From an uncultured bacterium (lineage in GTDB: Bacteria; Bacteroidota; Bacteroidia; Chitinophagales; CAIOSU01), in the NCBI GenBank assembly GCA_903861055.1, contig CAIOSU010000476.1, positions 1 to 32,402 of the forward strand: a stretch of 32,402 nucleotides of DNA, read 5' to 3'. The position numbers were made by a program, and so were the translations under genes. The first letter of the stretch is position 1, and the number at the start of each line of letters is the position of its first letter. The notes below the pieces were generated by a model. That model did no database searches. It saw only the letters and a program-made list of their open reading frames with translations, and was not told the origin of the DNA. Below are positions 7,691-16,488 of the stretch, in pieces.

Positions 7691-9268
7691 TTATTTATAC
7701 AACAATGATACTTCTTTAGATACTTCAACCAATGTTTTCTCAACCTCGTCAGTCAACTTACCGGCTTTCAATTCGGCCAATACGTTCGGGAAACGGGTCT
7801 CTAGTTGGGTAAGGTATTCGCTTTCAAAAGATTTTACCTTGTTTAGAGGTACTTCTTTCAACAAACCTTTGGTACCAGCGTAAATGATAGCAATTTGCTT
7901 CTCAACTGACATTGGAGCGTGCAAACCTTGTTTCAAGATTTCCACGTTTTTAGCACCTTTATCCAAAATGTTTTTGGTAGCAGTATCCAAGTCAGAACCG
8001 AATTTTGAGAAAGCCTCCAATTCGCGATATTGTGCCTGGTCAAGTTTCAAAGTACCAGCAACTTTTTTCATTGATTTAATCTGGGCGTTACCACCTACGC
8101 GGCTTACCGATATACCAACGTTAATAGCCGGGCGAACACCTGCGTTAAACAAGTTAGCTTCCAAGAAAATCTGACCATCGGTAATAGAGATTACGTTGGT
8201 AGGAATGTAAGCTGATACGTCGCCCGCTTGGGTTTCGATGATAGGCAATGCAGTCAATGAACCACCACCTTTCACAATGCCTTTCAACGATTCTGGTAGG
8301 TCGTTCATACTAGCGGCAATGCCATCGTTATTAATAACTTTAGCGGCACGCTCCAGCAAACGGCTGTGTAGGTAGAATACGTCGCCAGGGTATGCCTCAC
8401 GGCCTGGAGGGCGTTTCAATAGCAACGATACCTCACGGTAAGCTACTGCTTGTTTCGACAAATCATCAAATACGATCAATGCCGGACGACCGGTGTCACG
8501 GAAAAACTCGCCAATAGCTACACCAGCAAACGGTGCGTAAAACTGCATTGGAGCAGGGTCGGCAGCCGATGATGCAACAATAACGGTATATGGCATAGCA
8601 CCACGCTCCTCAAGGGTACGGGCTACGTTGGCTACGGTAGAAGCTTTTTGGCCACATGCTACATAAATGCAGTATACAGGCTCTCCACGATCGTAAAATT
8701 CTTTCTGGTTGATGATGGTATCCAGAGCAATAGCGGTTTTACCAGTTTGGCGGTCACCGATAATCAACTCACGCTGGCCACGACCTACAGGTATCATCGC
8801 ATCGATAGATTTGATACCAGTTTGCAACGGCTCAGTAACTGGCTGACGGTAGATAACACCTGGGGCTTTGCGCTCCAATGGCATCTCGTACAACTCTCCA
8901 GCAATTGGTCCTTTACCATCAATAGGCTCTCCAAGCGTGTTTACCACACGTCCGGCCATACCATCACCTACTTTGATAGAGGCAATTTTGCTAGTACGGC
9001 GCACAGTATCACCTTCTTTAATAGTATCCCAGCTACCCATCAATACAACACCCACGTTGTCTTCTTCCAGGTTTAGGGCAATAGCGCGAACGCCATTTTC
9101 GAACTCAACAAGCTCACCAGCGCGTACATGGTTCAAACCATATACACGGGCAATACCGTCGCCTACTTGTAGTACGGTACCTACTTCTTCCAGTTCTGCT
9201 TCGGTTTTGAAGTTTGATAGTTGCTCCCTAAGGATGGCACTAATCTCGTCTGGTTTTACCTCAACCAT
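7691..9268 (-). CDS. atpA: F1 ATP synthase alpha subunit
   Basis: [10 protein letters not shown], Walker [46 protein letters not shown]. Confidence 0.99.
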   Translation of the reverse strand: MVEVKPDEISAILREQLSNFKTEAELEEVGTVLQVGDGIARVYGLNHVRAGELVEFENGVRAIALNLEEDNVGVVLMGSWDTIKEGDTVRRTSKIASIKVGDGMAGRVVNTLGEPIDGKGPIAGELYEMPLERKAPGVIYRQPVTEPLQTGIKSIDAMIPVGRGQRELIIGDRQTGKTAIALDTIINQKEFYDRGEPVYCIYVACGQKASTVANVARTLEERGAMPYTVIVASSAADPAPMQFYAPFAGVAIGEFFRDTGRPALIVFDDLSKQAVAYREVSLLLKRPPGREAYPGDVFYLHSRLLERAAKVINNDGIAASMNDLPESLKGIVKGGGSLTALPIIETQAGDVSAYIPTNVISITDGQIFLEANLFNAGVRPAINVGISVSRVGGNAQIKSMKKVAGTLKLDQAQYRELEAFSKFGSDLDTATKNILDKGAKNVEILKQGLHAPMSVEKQIAIIYAGTKGLLKEVPLNKVKSFESEYLTQLETRFPNVLAELKAGKLTDEVEKTLVEVSKEVSLLYK

Positions 9269-9313
9269 GGAATTATAATTTTTATTTGGGTTAAATGCTT
9301 TGTTTCTACTTAC

Positions 9314-9874
9314 TCAAAATGCTTTTACAAATTGGTTTTGGCTGAAACCTTTCTCCAGCAATTCCAGCTTGTGCGACACACTGGCGTCGTATAGTTTGTC
9401 TTCGTATTGCAACACAAATCCGCCAATCAGGGTTTCGTCTACCGCAACTTTTATCTGCGCGTTTGCAATGCCTGTTTTGCTCTTCAATTTAGCCACCAAC
9501 GCATCGGTGTAGGCTTTATCGAATTGAATGGCGGTAGTAATTTTTACTGGGGTGATGTGCTTATACTTGTTGTATAACTGAATGAAGCTTTTGGCTATGT
9601 CTTCCAAATAGGCTTCACGGCCTTTTTTAACCATCAGGGTCAAAAAGGTTTTTGTGATTTTGTTGGAGTCTTTACCAAAAATAGCATCTACTACTTTGTG
9701 CTTTTTCTCGGTGTTGATGATGGGGTTTTTCAACATCACCTTCAACTCGCGGCTGGCGCCAATAACGGCAGCCACCTGCTTCATATCCGCAAACACCTCT
9801 TCCACTTGGCCTAACTCTAGTGAAAGGTCAAACAACGATTTGGCATAGCGCGATGCTAAACGAATTGCCGACAT
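9314..9874 (-). CDS. atpH: F1 ATP synthase delta subunit
   Basis: ASRYAKSLF, VDETLIGGFV..YDASV; lies between atpF and atpA. Confidence 0.97.
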   Translation of the reverse strand: MSAIRLASRYAKSLFDLSLELGQVEEVFADMKQVAAVIGASRELKVMLKNPIINTEKKHKVVDAIFGKDSNKITKTFLTLMVKKGREAYLEDIAKSFIQLYNKYKHITPVKITTAIQFDKAYTDALVAKLKSKTGIANAQIKVAVDETLIGGFVLQYEDKLYDASVSHKLELLEKGFSQNQFVKAF

Positions 9875-9875
9875 A

Positions 9876-10370
9876 TTAGTTCAGTTTCAGGTCATCCACC
9901 AACTCGGCTGCATAGCTCTGTTGTTTCTGTGGGTCAGAAAATTCTTTCTTCAATACTTTCTCTGCAATTTCCAAGGCCATTTTACCGGCATAGTTTTTCA
10001 CTTCGGTAAGGGCAGCCATTTTTTGGTTCTCAATTTCGCGAGAGGCATCGGCCACTTTCTTATTGAACTCTACACCGGCTTTCTCTTTAGCGTCGGCAAT
10101 CAGCTTATCGCCAACGGCTTTGGCTTCTTTGATGATGATGGCGCGCTCTTCACGGGCCTCATTTAGCAAACGCTCGTTGTTAGCACTAAGTGCAGCCATT
10201 TCGGCGCGGGCTTTCTCGGCTTGCAACACTGCATCTGTAATGCGGTGCTCACGCTCTTTTACTGAAGTAAGAATTGGGGTCCACGCAAACTTGCGCAACA
10301 AAACCAACAAAAGTAAGAAGGCAACTGTTGCCCAAAACACCAAACCTATCGAGGGGGTTAATAACTCCAT
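9876..10370 (-). CDS. atpF: Fo ATP synthase subunit b
   Basis: PSIGLVFW N-terminal TM, KFAWTPIL, long charged coiled coil. Confidence 0.97.
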   Translation of the reverse strand: MELLTPSIGLVFWATVAFLLLLVLLRKFAWTPILTSVKEREHRITDAVLQAEKARAEMAALSANNERLLNEAREERAIIIKEAKAVGDKLIADAKEKAGVEFNKKVADASREIENQKMAALTEVKNYAGKMALEIAEKVLKKEFSDPQKQQSYAAELVDDLKLN

Positions 10371-10383
10371 GATGGATATTTTT

Positions 10384-10458
10384 CGATTTTTGACTGACGA
10401 TTTTCGATTTGATCTTTTTGATTAACAATCGCCAATCAAAAATACTTAAATCGTAAAT
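10384..10458. repeat. Inverted pair of degenerate heptamer tracts in the atpE-atpF spacer
   Basis: CGATTTT-TGACTGA-CGATTTT-CGATTTG (10384-10411) facing CAATCGC-CAATCAA-AAATACT-t-AAATCGT-AAAT (10426-10458). Confidence 0.65.
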
Positions 10459-10469
10459 TAAAAGTGGGT

Positions 10470-10498
10470 AGGGTCTGCAACCAACCGTTGCAGACCCT
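10470..10498 (-). promoter_or_regulatory. 12-bp stem-loop just 3' of atpE (mRNA stability or attenuation element)
   Basis: AGGGTCTGCAAC-caacc-GTTGCAGACCCT perfect stem; no immediate U-tract on the coding strand. Confidence 0.7.
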
Positions 10499-10508
10499 TA
10501 ACCATTTT

Positions 10509-10754
<246 letters not shown>

Positions 10755-10760
10755 TCAAAC

Positions 10761-11942
10761 TCAATGGTGTGCTTCAGCGCCGTGCTCGTGGCCATGGTCG
10801 TGCTCAGCAACGGCCATTCCGATAAACAAAGCAGAAAGCAACGTAAATATATATGCTTGCAATGCCGCAACCAACAACTCCAATGTACTCATAAATACCA
10901 CAAAAGGTATTGATACAAAGCCCATGTATGCGGTTTTGAAAATAAATATCAAAGCAATCAAAGCCAATATCAAAATGTGGCCTGCTGCAATGTTTGCAAA
11001 CAAACGCATCATCAAAGCAAAAGGCTTAGTAAGCGTACCTATTAACTCAATAACCGCCAATATAGGACGAATAACAACTGGCACGCCTGGCATCCAGAAA
11101 ATGTGCATCCAGTAGTCTTTGTTGCCACTAACAGTAGTAATAACATAAGTGATAACGGCCAATACAAAAGTTATAGAGATGTTACCGGTTACGTTTGAAC
11201 CACCTGGGAAGAAAGGAACTAAACCCATTAGGTTGTTTATCCAGATAAAGAAGAATACGGTAAGCAGATAAGGTAGGTATTTGCCATACTTTTTCTCGCC
11301 AATGTTGGGTATTGCTATCTCATCGCGTACGAAAACAACTAAGGGCTCCAAGAAGGCACCAATACCACGGGCAACACCGTTTTTGTCGTATGAGCGGGCA
11401 ACCGCACCAAACAGCAACAACAACAACAACATGGAAACGAAAATAGAAGCGACGTTGCGAGTTATGCTAAAATCAAGGGGTTTGGCGTTATTAGGGTAGC
11501 CATGAGCTACATCGGCATGCGCATCAACTGGTAGGGCTTCGTCTTGTTCGCCAGAGATCAAATCAAGTTCTTCAGCTACTTCGTTACCAACAATAGGCTC
11601 TTCATGACCAAAGTCTAATTTGCCATGCTCATCGGCTATATAGATAACACCGTGGTACTTTAAGTATTTGCCTTTGGCTAGCACTTGAGCGTTATCGTCG
11701 TGATGGAACTCACTAGACATAAAGAAATCCAAACCTGAGCCTGGAACGTACAAAATAACTGGAAGCGGAATGGAAAAATGACCAGCTACGTGCCAATCGT
11801 GGGCATCACTGATGTGGTGCATGATCATTTCTTTGGCGTCAAACTCAGCTTCTGCGAGTTCGCCAGCCTTTACAGTACTAACTTGAAATAGACCGAATAC
11901 GGCTAAAACCAGCGTAAATATTGAAAAGTTACTCTTATTCAT
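10761..11942 (-). CDS. atpB: Fo ATP synthase subunit a with long N-terminal extension
   Basis: NNLMGLVP, KPFALMMRLFANIAAGH (essential Arg), LELLVAALQAYIFTLL. Start ATG 11942 or GTG 11945. Confidence 0.98.
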   Translation of the reverse strand: MNKSNFSIFTLVLAVFGLFQVSTVKAGELAEAEFDAKEMIMHHISDAHDWHVAGHFSIPLPVILYVPGSGLDFFMSSEFHHDDNAQVLAKGKYLKYHGVIYIADEHGKLDFGHEEPIVGNEVAEELDLISGEQDEALPVDAHADVAHGYPNNAKPLDFSITRNVASIFVSMLLLLLLFGAVARSYDKNGVARGIGAFLEPLVVFVRDEIAIPNIGEKKYGKYLPYLLTVFFFIWINNLMGLVPFFPGGSNVTGNISITFVLAVITYVITTVSGNKDYWMHIFWMPGVPVVIRPILAVIELIGTLTKPFALMMRLFANIAAGHILILALIALIFIFKTAYMGFVSIPFVVFMSTLELLVAALQAYIFTLLSALFIGMAVAEHDHGHEHGAEAHH

Positions 11943-11976
11943 CACGGAACCGGACGTACTTTTTCTAAATCCGCTG

Positions 11977-11984
11977 CAAAGATA
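11977..11984 (-). promoter_or_regulatory. Bacteroidota -7 promoter element of the atp operon (TATCTTTG)
   Basis: Exact TAnnTTTG match about 35 nt upstream of atpB; no clear -33 element. Confidence 0.7.
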
Positions 11985-12200
11985 GTTACTTTTCGGGTAT
12001 GGAAAAAACTATTTTCCAATTGGTTACAGAAGAATAGATGTTAATACTAAAGTACTGGTACAGGGCACCCCGTTTGTGAAACCAAAAGCCTTAGTTTATT
12101 CTCCTCTAAAAACCTTATATTGTAAGAAAACTGGATAAAACCACATGCATCTTGTGGATATCAACTTAGCTAACGTTGGGTTGGTAACTATTAAAAAAGC

Positions 12201-12208
12201 TATTTTTG
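12201..12208 (+). promoter_or_regulatory. Bacteroidota -7 promoter element (TATTTTTG)
   Basis: TAnnTTTG match 20 nt before ATG 12229, with TTG triplets 17 and 22 nt upstream. Confidence 0.6.
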
Positions 12209-12228
12209 ACTCACCAAAACCATTTACT

Positions 12229-14523
12229 ATGAAGAAAAGTCTACTATTGACTTTAAGGTTGTTTACCCAAATTATACTATTGGCTATGGCCAATACCATC
12301 CAAGCCCAGCAATATCTGGGGTTTACAAACAGCAACTATTCGGGTGTACACGGGTTGCTACTACAACCCGCCTCGGTTGTTGACAATAGAATGAAATTCG
12401 ATCTCAATTTGGTGAGCTTTCAAGGCACTTTCTCAAACAATTATGTTAGCCTGCGTGCCAAAGACCTAAGGACCAATTATGATGAGAATGCCGATTTTCA
12501 GGATACCTACCTGCGCATTAAGGAAAACAGCAACAACAAGTATGTTTATTTAAACTTGGATGTGCTGGGCCCCTCATTCTCTTTCAATATCGGCCATAAA
12601 AACGCGGTGGCCTTTACTTCCCGCTTTCGTACCACCGTTAACCTTGATAATGTAACACCCGAGCTGGCGCGGCTATCGTGGGAAGGGTTGGATTATCCGC
12701 AACTTTGGCAACAAAACTTGGGCAACCAGCGACTTAGTGCACAATATATGAGTTGGGCCGAGTATGGCATTACCTATGGTCGCGAGATTTTCCAAATTGG
12801 CAGACACTACTTAAAAGGAGCCGTAACTGCCAAGTTATTGCAAGGTATGGGCGCTGCTTATTTGTTTGTTGACGACCTATCATACAATTTCACTAACGAC
12901 GATACGTTGTCGCTTTTTGATAGTGATGTTAAGTACGGACACAGTACTAACTTTGATTTTAATACCGATGGCGTTGAGTATAAATTCATATCGGACCCTA
13001 CCGTTGGGTTCGATATGGGCTTTGTTTACGAGTTCCGTAAAAAAGAAGAAACCTACACCTATGACATGGACGGCAAAACCGGCTTGTACCGTAAAGACAA
13101 AAACAAGTATAAGCTAAAAATTGGCTTCTCTATTCTGGATATCGGAAGGGTGCGCTTTAAGAAAGGTGACATTAGCGCCAACTTCAACGCTAACATAAAC
13201 GACTATGATATTAGCGAATTTAATGTAGGCTCTATCGAAGATTTTAACGATACCCTTGCCAAGAACTTCCTCTTTACACAAACCACAGGCGAGACCTTTA
13301 CTATGAGGTTGCCCACCGCCATGAGTTTTCAAGTAGACTATAATATTTGGAAAGGCTTTTATGCCAACTTTACAGCCTTCGGCTCATTCCGACGCAAAAA
13401 CCTGGAAAGCAAATTGCGCCAACAGAGCACCTTTAGCATTACCCCGCGTTTTGAGCACAAATGGTTCGATTTTGCAGTACCATTCAGCGTTAATACAGAT
13501 AAACAAGTAATGTTGGGTAGCGCTATTCGCTTAGGCGTATTGTTTTTTGGCACTAACAATTTGCTGGGTTTAGCTAGCAATAGTGTTTACGGTGCCGATT
13601 TTTATATGGGCTTGAAGGTACCGATACCTTATGGCAAACCTAAGGATAGGGACAAGGATAAAGTAAGCAATCGAAAAGACAATTGCCCTAAAAATGCTGG
13701 TGTTTGGGAGTTTGCTGGCTGCCCCGATTCCGATTCCGATGGCTTACCCGACGACCAAGACCAATGCCCTAATGAGTTTGGCCCGAAAGACAACAAAGGT
13801 TGCCCTTATCCTGACCTGGATGGCGACGGTATTGTGAATGCCGAAGATGGTTGCCCGAACGAATTTGGCCCGAAAGACAACAAAGGCTGCCCATGGGGTG
13901 ATAAAGACGGCGATGGCCTGACAGATAACGTGGACAATTGCCCAGATGTGGCCGGACCGCGTGAAAATGTTGGTTGCCCTTGGGGAGACCGCGATAAGGA
14001 TGGCGTGCTTGATAACGTAGACCGTTGCCCTGATGAAGCTGGTGCTAGGGATAATGCTGGTTGCCCTTGGGGCGATTTGGACGGCGATGGCGTGTTGGAT
14101 AATGTAGACGAATGCCCTAAAACCCCAGGTCCTGCCGATAACGCCGGTTGTCCTCACCTTAAAGCTGCCGAAGCAGAGATTGTTAAACGTGCCTTCGACA
14201 ACCTAGAGTTTGAAACGGGCAAAGCCATTATCAAGCAATCATCGTTTGCTACGCTTACCGATTTGGCACAATTCCTTATTGAGAACCCGAGTTACAAACT
14301 GGTTATAGCTGGCCACACAGATGATGTAGGTAGCGATGAGTTGAACATGAAGCTAAGCAAAGCCCGCGGTGAAGCGGTTGCCAAAGCCATGACCGAGCGT
14401 GGTGTGAAAGCCGAACAACTAATTGTAGAGTATTTTGGCGAAACCCAGCCGATAGCTACCAACGCTACTGCCGAAGGCCGCGCTAAAAACCGCAGGGTAG
14501 AGATGAATATTAAGTTTGAGTAA
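12229..14523 (+). CDS. Outer-membrane protein: DUF5723-like beta-barrel, thrombospondin type-3 repeats and OmpA C-terminal domain
   Basis: Signal peptide MKKSLL..IQAQQ; SNYSGVHGLLLQPAS followed by a beta-strand-rich region; six DxDxDG..CP..GCP repeats; OmpA motifs GHTDDVG..NMKLSKARG and GRAKNRRVE. Confidence 0.9.
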   Translation: MKKSLLLTLRLFTQIILLAMANTIQAQQYLGFTNSNYSGVHGLLLQPASVVDNRMKFDLNLVSFQGTFSNNYVSLRAKDLRTNYDENADFQDTYLRIKENSNNKYVYLNLDVLGPSFSFNIGHKNAVAFTSRFRTTVNLDNVTPELARLSWEGLDYPQLWQQNLGNQRLSAQYMSWAEYGITYGREIFQIGRHYLKGAVTAKLLQGMGAAYLFVDDLSYNFTNDDTLSLFDSDVKYGHSTNFDFNTDGVEYKFISDPTVGFDMGFVYEFRKKEETYTYDMDGKTGLYRKDKNKYKLKIGFSILDIGRVRFKKGDISANFNANINDYDISEFNVGSIEDFNDTLAKNFLFTQTTGETFTMRLPTAMSFQVDYNIWKGFYANFTAFGSFRRKNLESKLRQQSTFSITPRFEHKWFDFAVPFSVNTDKQVMLGSAIRLGVLFFGTNNLLGLASNSVYGADFYMGLKVPIPYGKPKDRDKDKVSNRKDNCPKNAGVWEFAGCPDSDSDGLPDDQDQCPNEFGPKDNKGCPYPDLDGDGIVNAEDGCPNEFGPKDNKGCPWGDKDGDGLTDNVDNCPDVAGPRENVGCPWGDRDKDGVLDNVDRCPDEAGARDNAGCPWGDLDGDGVLDNVDECPKTPGPADNAGCPHLKAAEAEIVKRAFDNLEFETGKAIIKQSSFATLTDLAQFLIENPSYKLVIAGHTDDVGSDELNMKLSKARGEAVAKAMTERGVKAEQLIVEYFGETQPIATNATAEGRAKNRRVEMNIKFE
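13645..14154 (+). repeat. Six intragenic TSP3-like repeats (27-29 aa; mostly 87 bp period)
   Basis: Units 2 and 3 share TTTGGCCCGAAAGACAACAAAGG exactly at the DNA level. Confidence 0.9.
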
Positions 14524-14547
14524 CCAATATTTGTGCTGAAACTAAAC

Positions 14548-14577
14548 AGGGGACCGAAACATGCGTTTCGGTCCCCT
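14548..14577. terminator. Probable bidirectional terminator between convergent ompA-like and dabB genes
   Basis: 13-bp perfect stem AGGGGACCGAAAC-atgc-GTTTCGGTCCCCT; only short U-rich tails. Confidence 0.8.
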
Positions 14578-14614
14578 CTTATTTACACCTTTGCCCATAG
14601 TGTTTGCGCCAATG

Positions 14615-16480
14615 TTATGACGACCGGTGACCAACTTGGTGATACGTTTTTACGTGCGGGCCTAAGAATAAGCGTGCATACATACGTATCAATGCCAAGC
14701 CTGAGAAAATAAAGCTCATTGAAACGAACAGGGCCAAGAAAAACTGGTCGATTTGAATGTGGCTATACAGCAAATCTTCGCCCAAGAAAGTAGTGGTAAT
14801 TGGGAAACCTGCCAAGCCCAAGCAGCTTAACAAAAATACTCCCGAAAGTTTCTCATACTCATAACTATGACCATAGAAACCATTAAGGTCGGTGCCTGGC
14901 TCGCGCTTAAGCAAGTAACGCAAACTAACATAACCCACAATTGCAGATACTACCACACCACTTAAGTATATGGCCGTGTGCGAGTAATCGAACAGCTCAT
15001 TGTATAACACTGCCAAGGCTATCCAAAAATGACTGAACACCACTAGCCACCAGCTGTTAACTGGGTTTTTTCGCTCTACAAATGCCCTTAGTATCATCAA
15101 AAAACCAATCATTGCAAAGGTGGTAGGTAGCATACTCAATACCCAAGCTGACAAATATTGTTGGTTGTGGTAAAAGAAAATACCTGCAGCGTAAATGGGT
15201 AATAGGCCCAACGCAATTTTAATGTTGAAAAAGCTAAACAAACGGCCTAATTTTTTAAACGGATTCCAAAGAAAACGGAACATAAAACTATCCAAATGCC
15301 ATTCACGCACACTGAATACATACAGCGAGTATTTTATCTTGGTCAACCAAGCCGGGTCTTGCTTCGGGGTAGATGGCATATAGTTGAAAAACTTCTCGCG
15401 GATGAGGTAAGTAACCACCGATGGAGAAACCAACAACTGGTAGCTTCGCAAAAACGCATTGCTAGCAAAGTGAATTAGGGCCAAGGTTTCGAGCCCTAGA
15501 GCCACCTCGATAAAAATGATACCGATTTGCGCTGCCGACGAATAGGCCACTTGCGACTTGATAGAGGACTGCACCCTGCCTGAGAAAGTGGCGGCTATAC
15601 TAGTAGCTAAACCCAACAGTCCAATTAAAACGCGAATGCCGACCAAATGCTCCCAAAAAGAGAACGTGCGCAGCAGCACAAACACACCTATATGAACCGA
15701 TAAGGAACTGTAAAATATAGCGCTCGATGGGGTAGGCCCCTCCATAGCACGCGGTAACCAAGATGTAAAAGGAAACTGAGCCGATTTCACGGCTGCGCTA
15801 AGCAAAATCATAAACGAGATAAGCACGCTTAGGTACAAATGCTCGTTTAAGGTGTGGTCAACCATGTCGTAGTTGTTCAGCTCAGCAAAGGTGATATTAT
15901 GGTGCCACAAGTGATGGCTCATCCACATAGCCAGTATCATACCAATGTCGCCAAGGCGATAGATGGAGAATACCTTGAAGGCATTTCGCACAGGCAAATA
16001 ACGGTCTCGGTAAAAGGCAATGAGCAAAAACGACGAAACACCGAGAATTTCCCAACCAATAAAAAGCGTCTCGAAATTGCCGGAGAAGATGGTAATGTTG
16101 TAACCCAGATAAAAGAACAAAACCGTATTGAAAAACCTACGATAGCCTTTCTCGCGGTGCAAATAGTATTGGCTATAAGTAGCTATAAGAAACGTAAGTA
16201 TGGCCCCCACCAATAGGTAGGTAGCGGTTACTTTATCAAAGTATAAATCGATAAAAAACTCGTAATGCCCTGATTGGTAAATAGATTGCTCTTTAATATT
16301 GAGCGTAGGGAATTTGGCAATAACCCAATAAACTAAAAAAACCAATGTGCTAAATAGCTGCATGCCGGTGGCAAATACAGCCACCCCAGAAATCAGTTTC
16401 TCGTTTTTTTCGGGTATAAGCAGGCTCGTAACAAAGCCCACAAAAGGTATTATTATGAATAAGGCAAGAATCGTGTCCAT
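14615..16480 (-). CDS. dabB: DAB/MpsA-type inorganic carbon pump membrane subunit (NuoL/ND5-like)
   Basis: IGWEILG, YRLGD, KSAQFPFTSWLPRAMEGPTPSSA, AYSSAAQIG; starts 8 nt after a DUF2309 gene; no other nuo or mrp genes nearby. Confidence 0.88.
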   Translation of the reverse strand: MDTILALFIIIPFVGFVTSLLIPEKNEKLISGVAVFATGMQLFSTLVFLVYWVIAKFPTLNIKEQSIYQSGHYEFFIDLYFDKVTATYLLVGAILTFLIATYSQYYLHREKGYRRFFNTVLFFYLGYNITIFSGNFETLFIGWEILGVSSFLLIAFYRDRYLPVRNAFKVFSIYRLGDIGMILAMWMSHHLWHHNITFAELNNYDMVDHTLNEHLYLSVLISFMILLSAAVKSAQFPFTSWLPRAMEGPTPSSAIFYSSLSVHIGVFVLLRTFSFWEHLVGIRVLIGLLGLATSIAATFSGRVQSSIKSQVAYSSAAQIGIIFIEVALGLETLALIHFASNAFLRSYQLLVSPSVVTYLIREKFFNYMPSTPKQDPAWLTKIKYSLYVFSVREWHLDSFMFRFLWNPFKKLGRLFSFFNIKIALGLLPIYAAGIFFYHNQQYLSAWVLSMLPTTFAMIGFLMILRAFVERKNPVNSWWLVVFSHFWIALAVLYNELFDYSHTAIYLSGVVVSAIVGYVSLRYLLKREPGTDLNGFYGHSYEYEKLSGVFLLSCLGLAGFPITTTFLGEDLLYSHIQIDQFFLALFVSMSFIFSGLALIRMYARLFLGPHVKTYHQVGHRSS

Positions 16481-16488
16481 GGGTAGGG

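Noticed and set aside
12145-12228. Longer start for the OmpA-like gene and the antisense ORF 12096-12335
   Set aside because: A promoter element lies inside the extension and the signal peptide begins at ATG 12229; the antisense ORF has no support.
13645-14154. CRISPR-like periodic repeat
   Set aside because: In-frame, codon-degenerate protein repeats with no unique spacers and no cas genes.
14615-16480. Respiratory complex I NuoL or Mrp antiporter subunit
   Set aside because: No other nuo or mrp genes; directly coupled to a DUF2309 gene.
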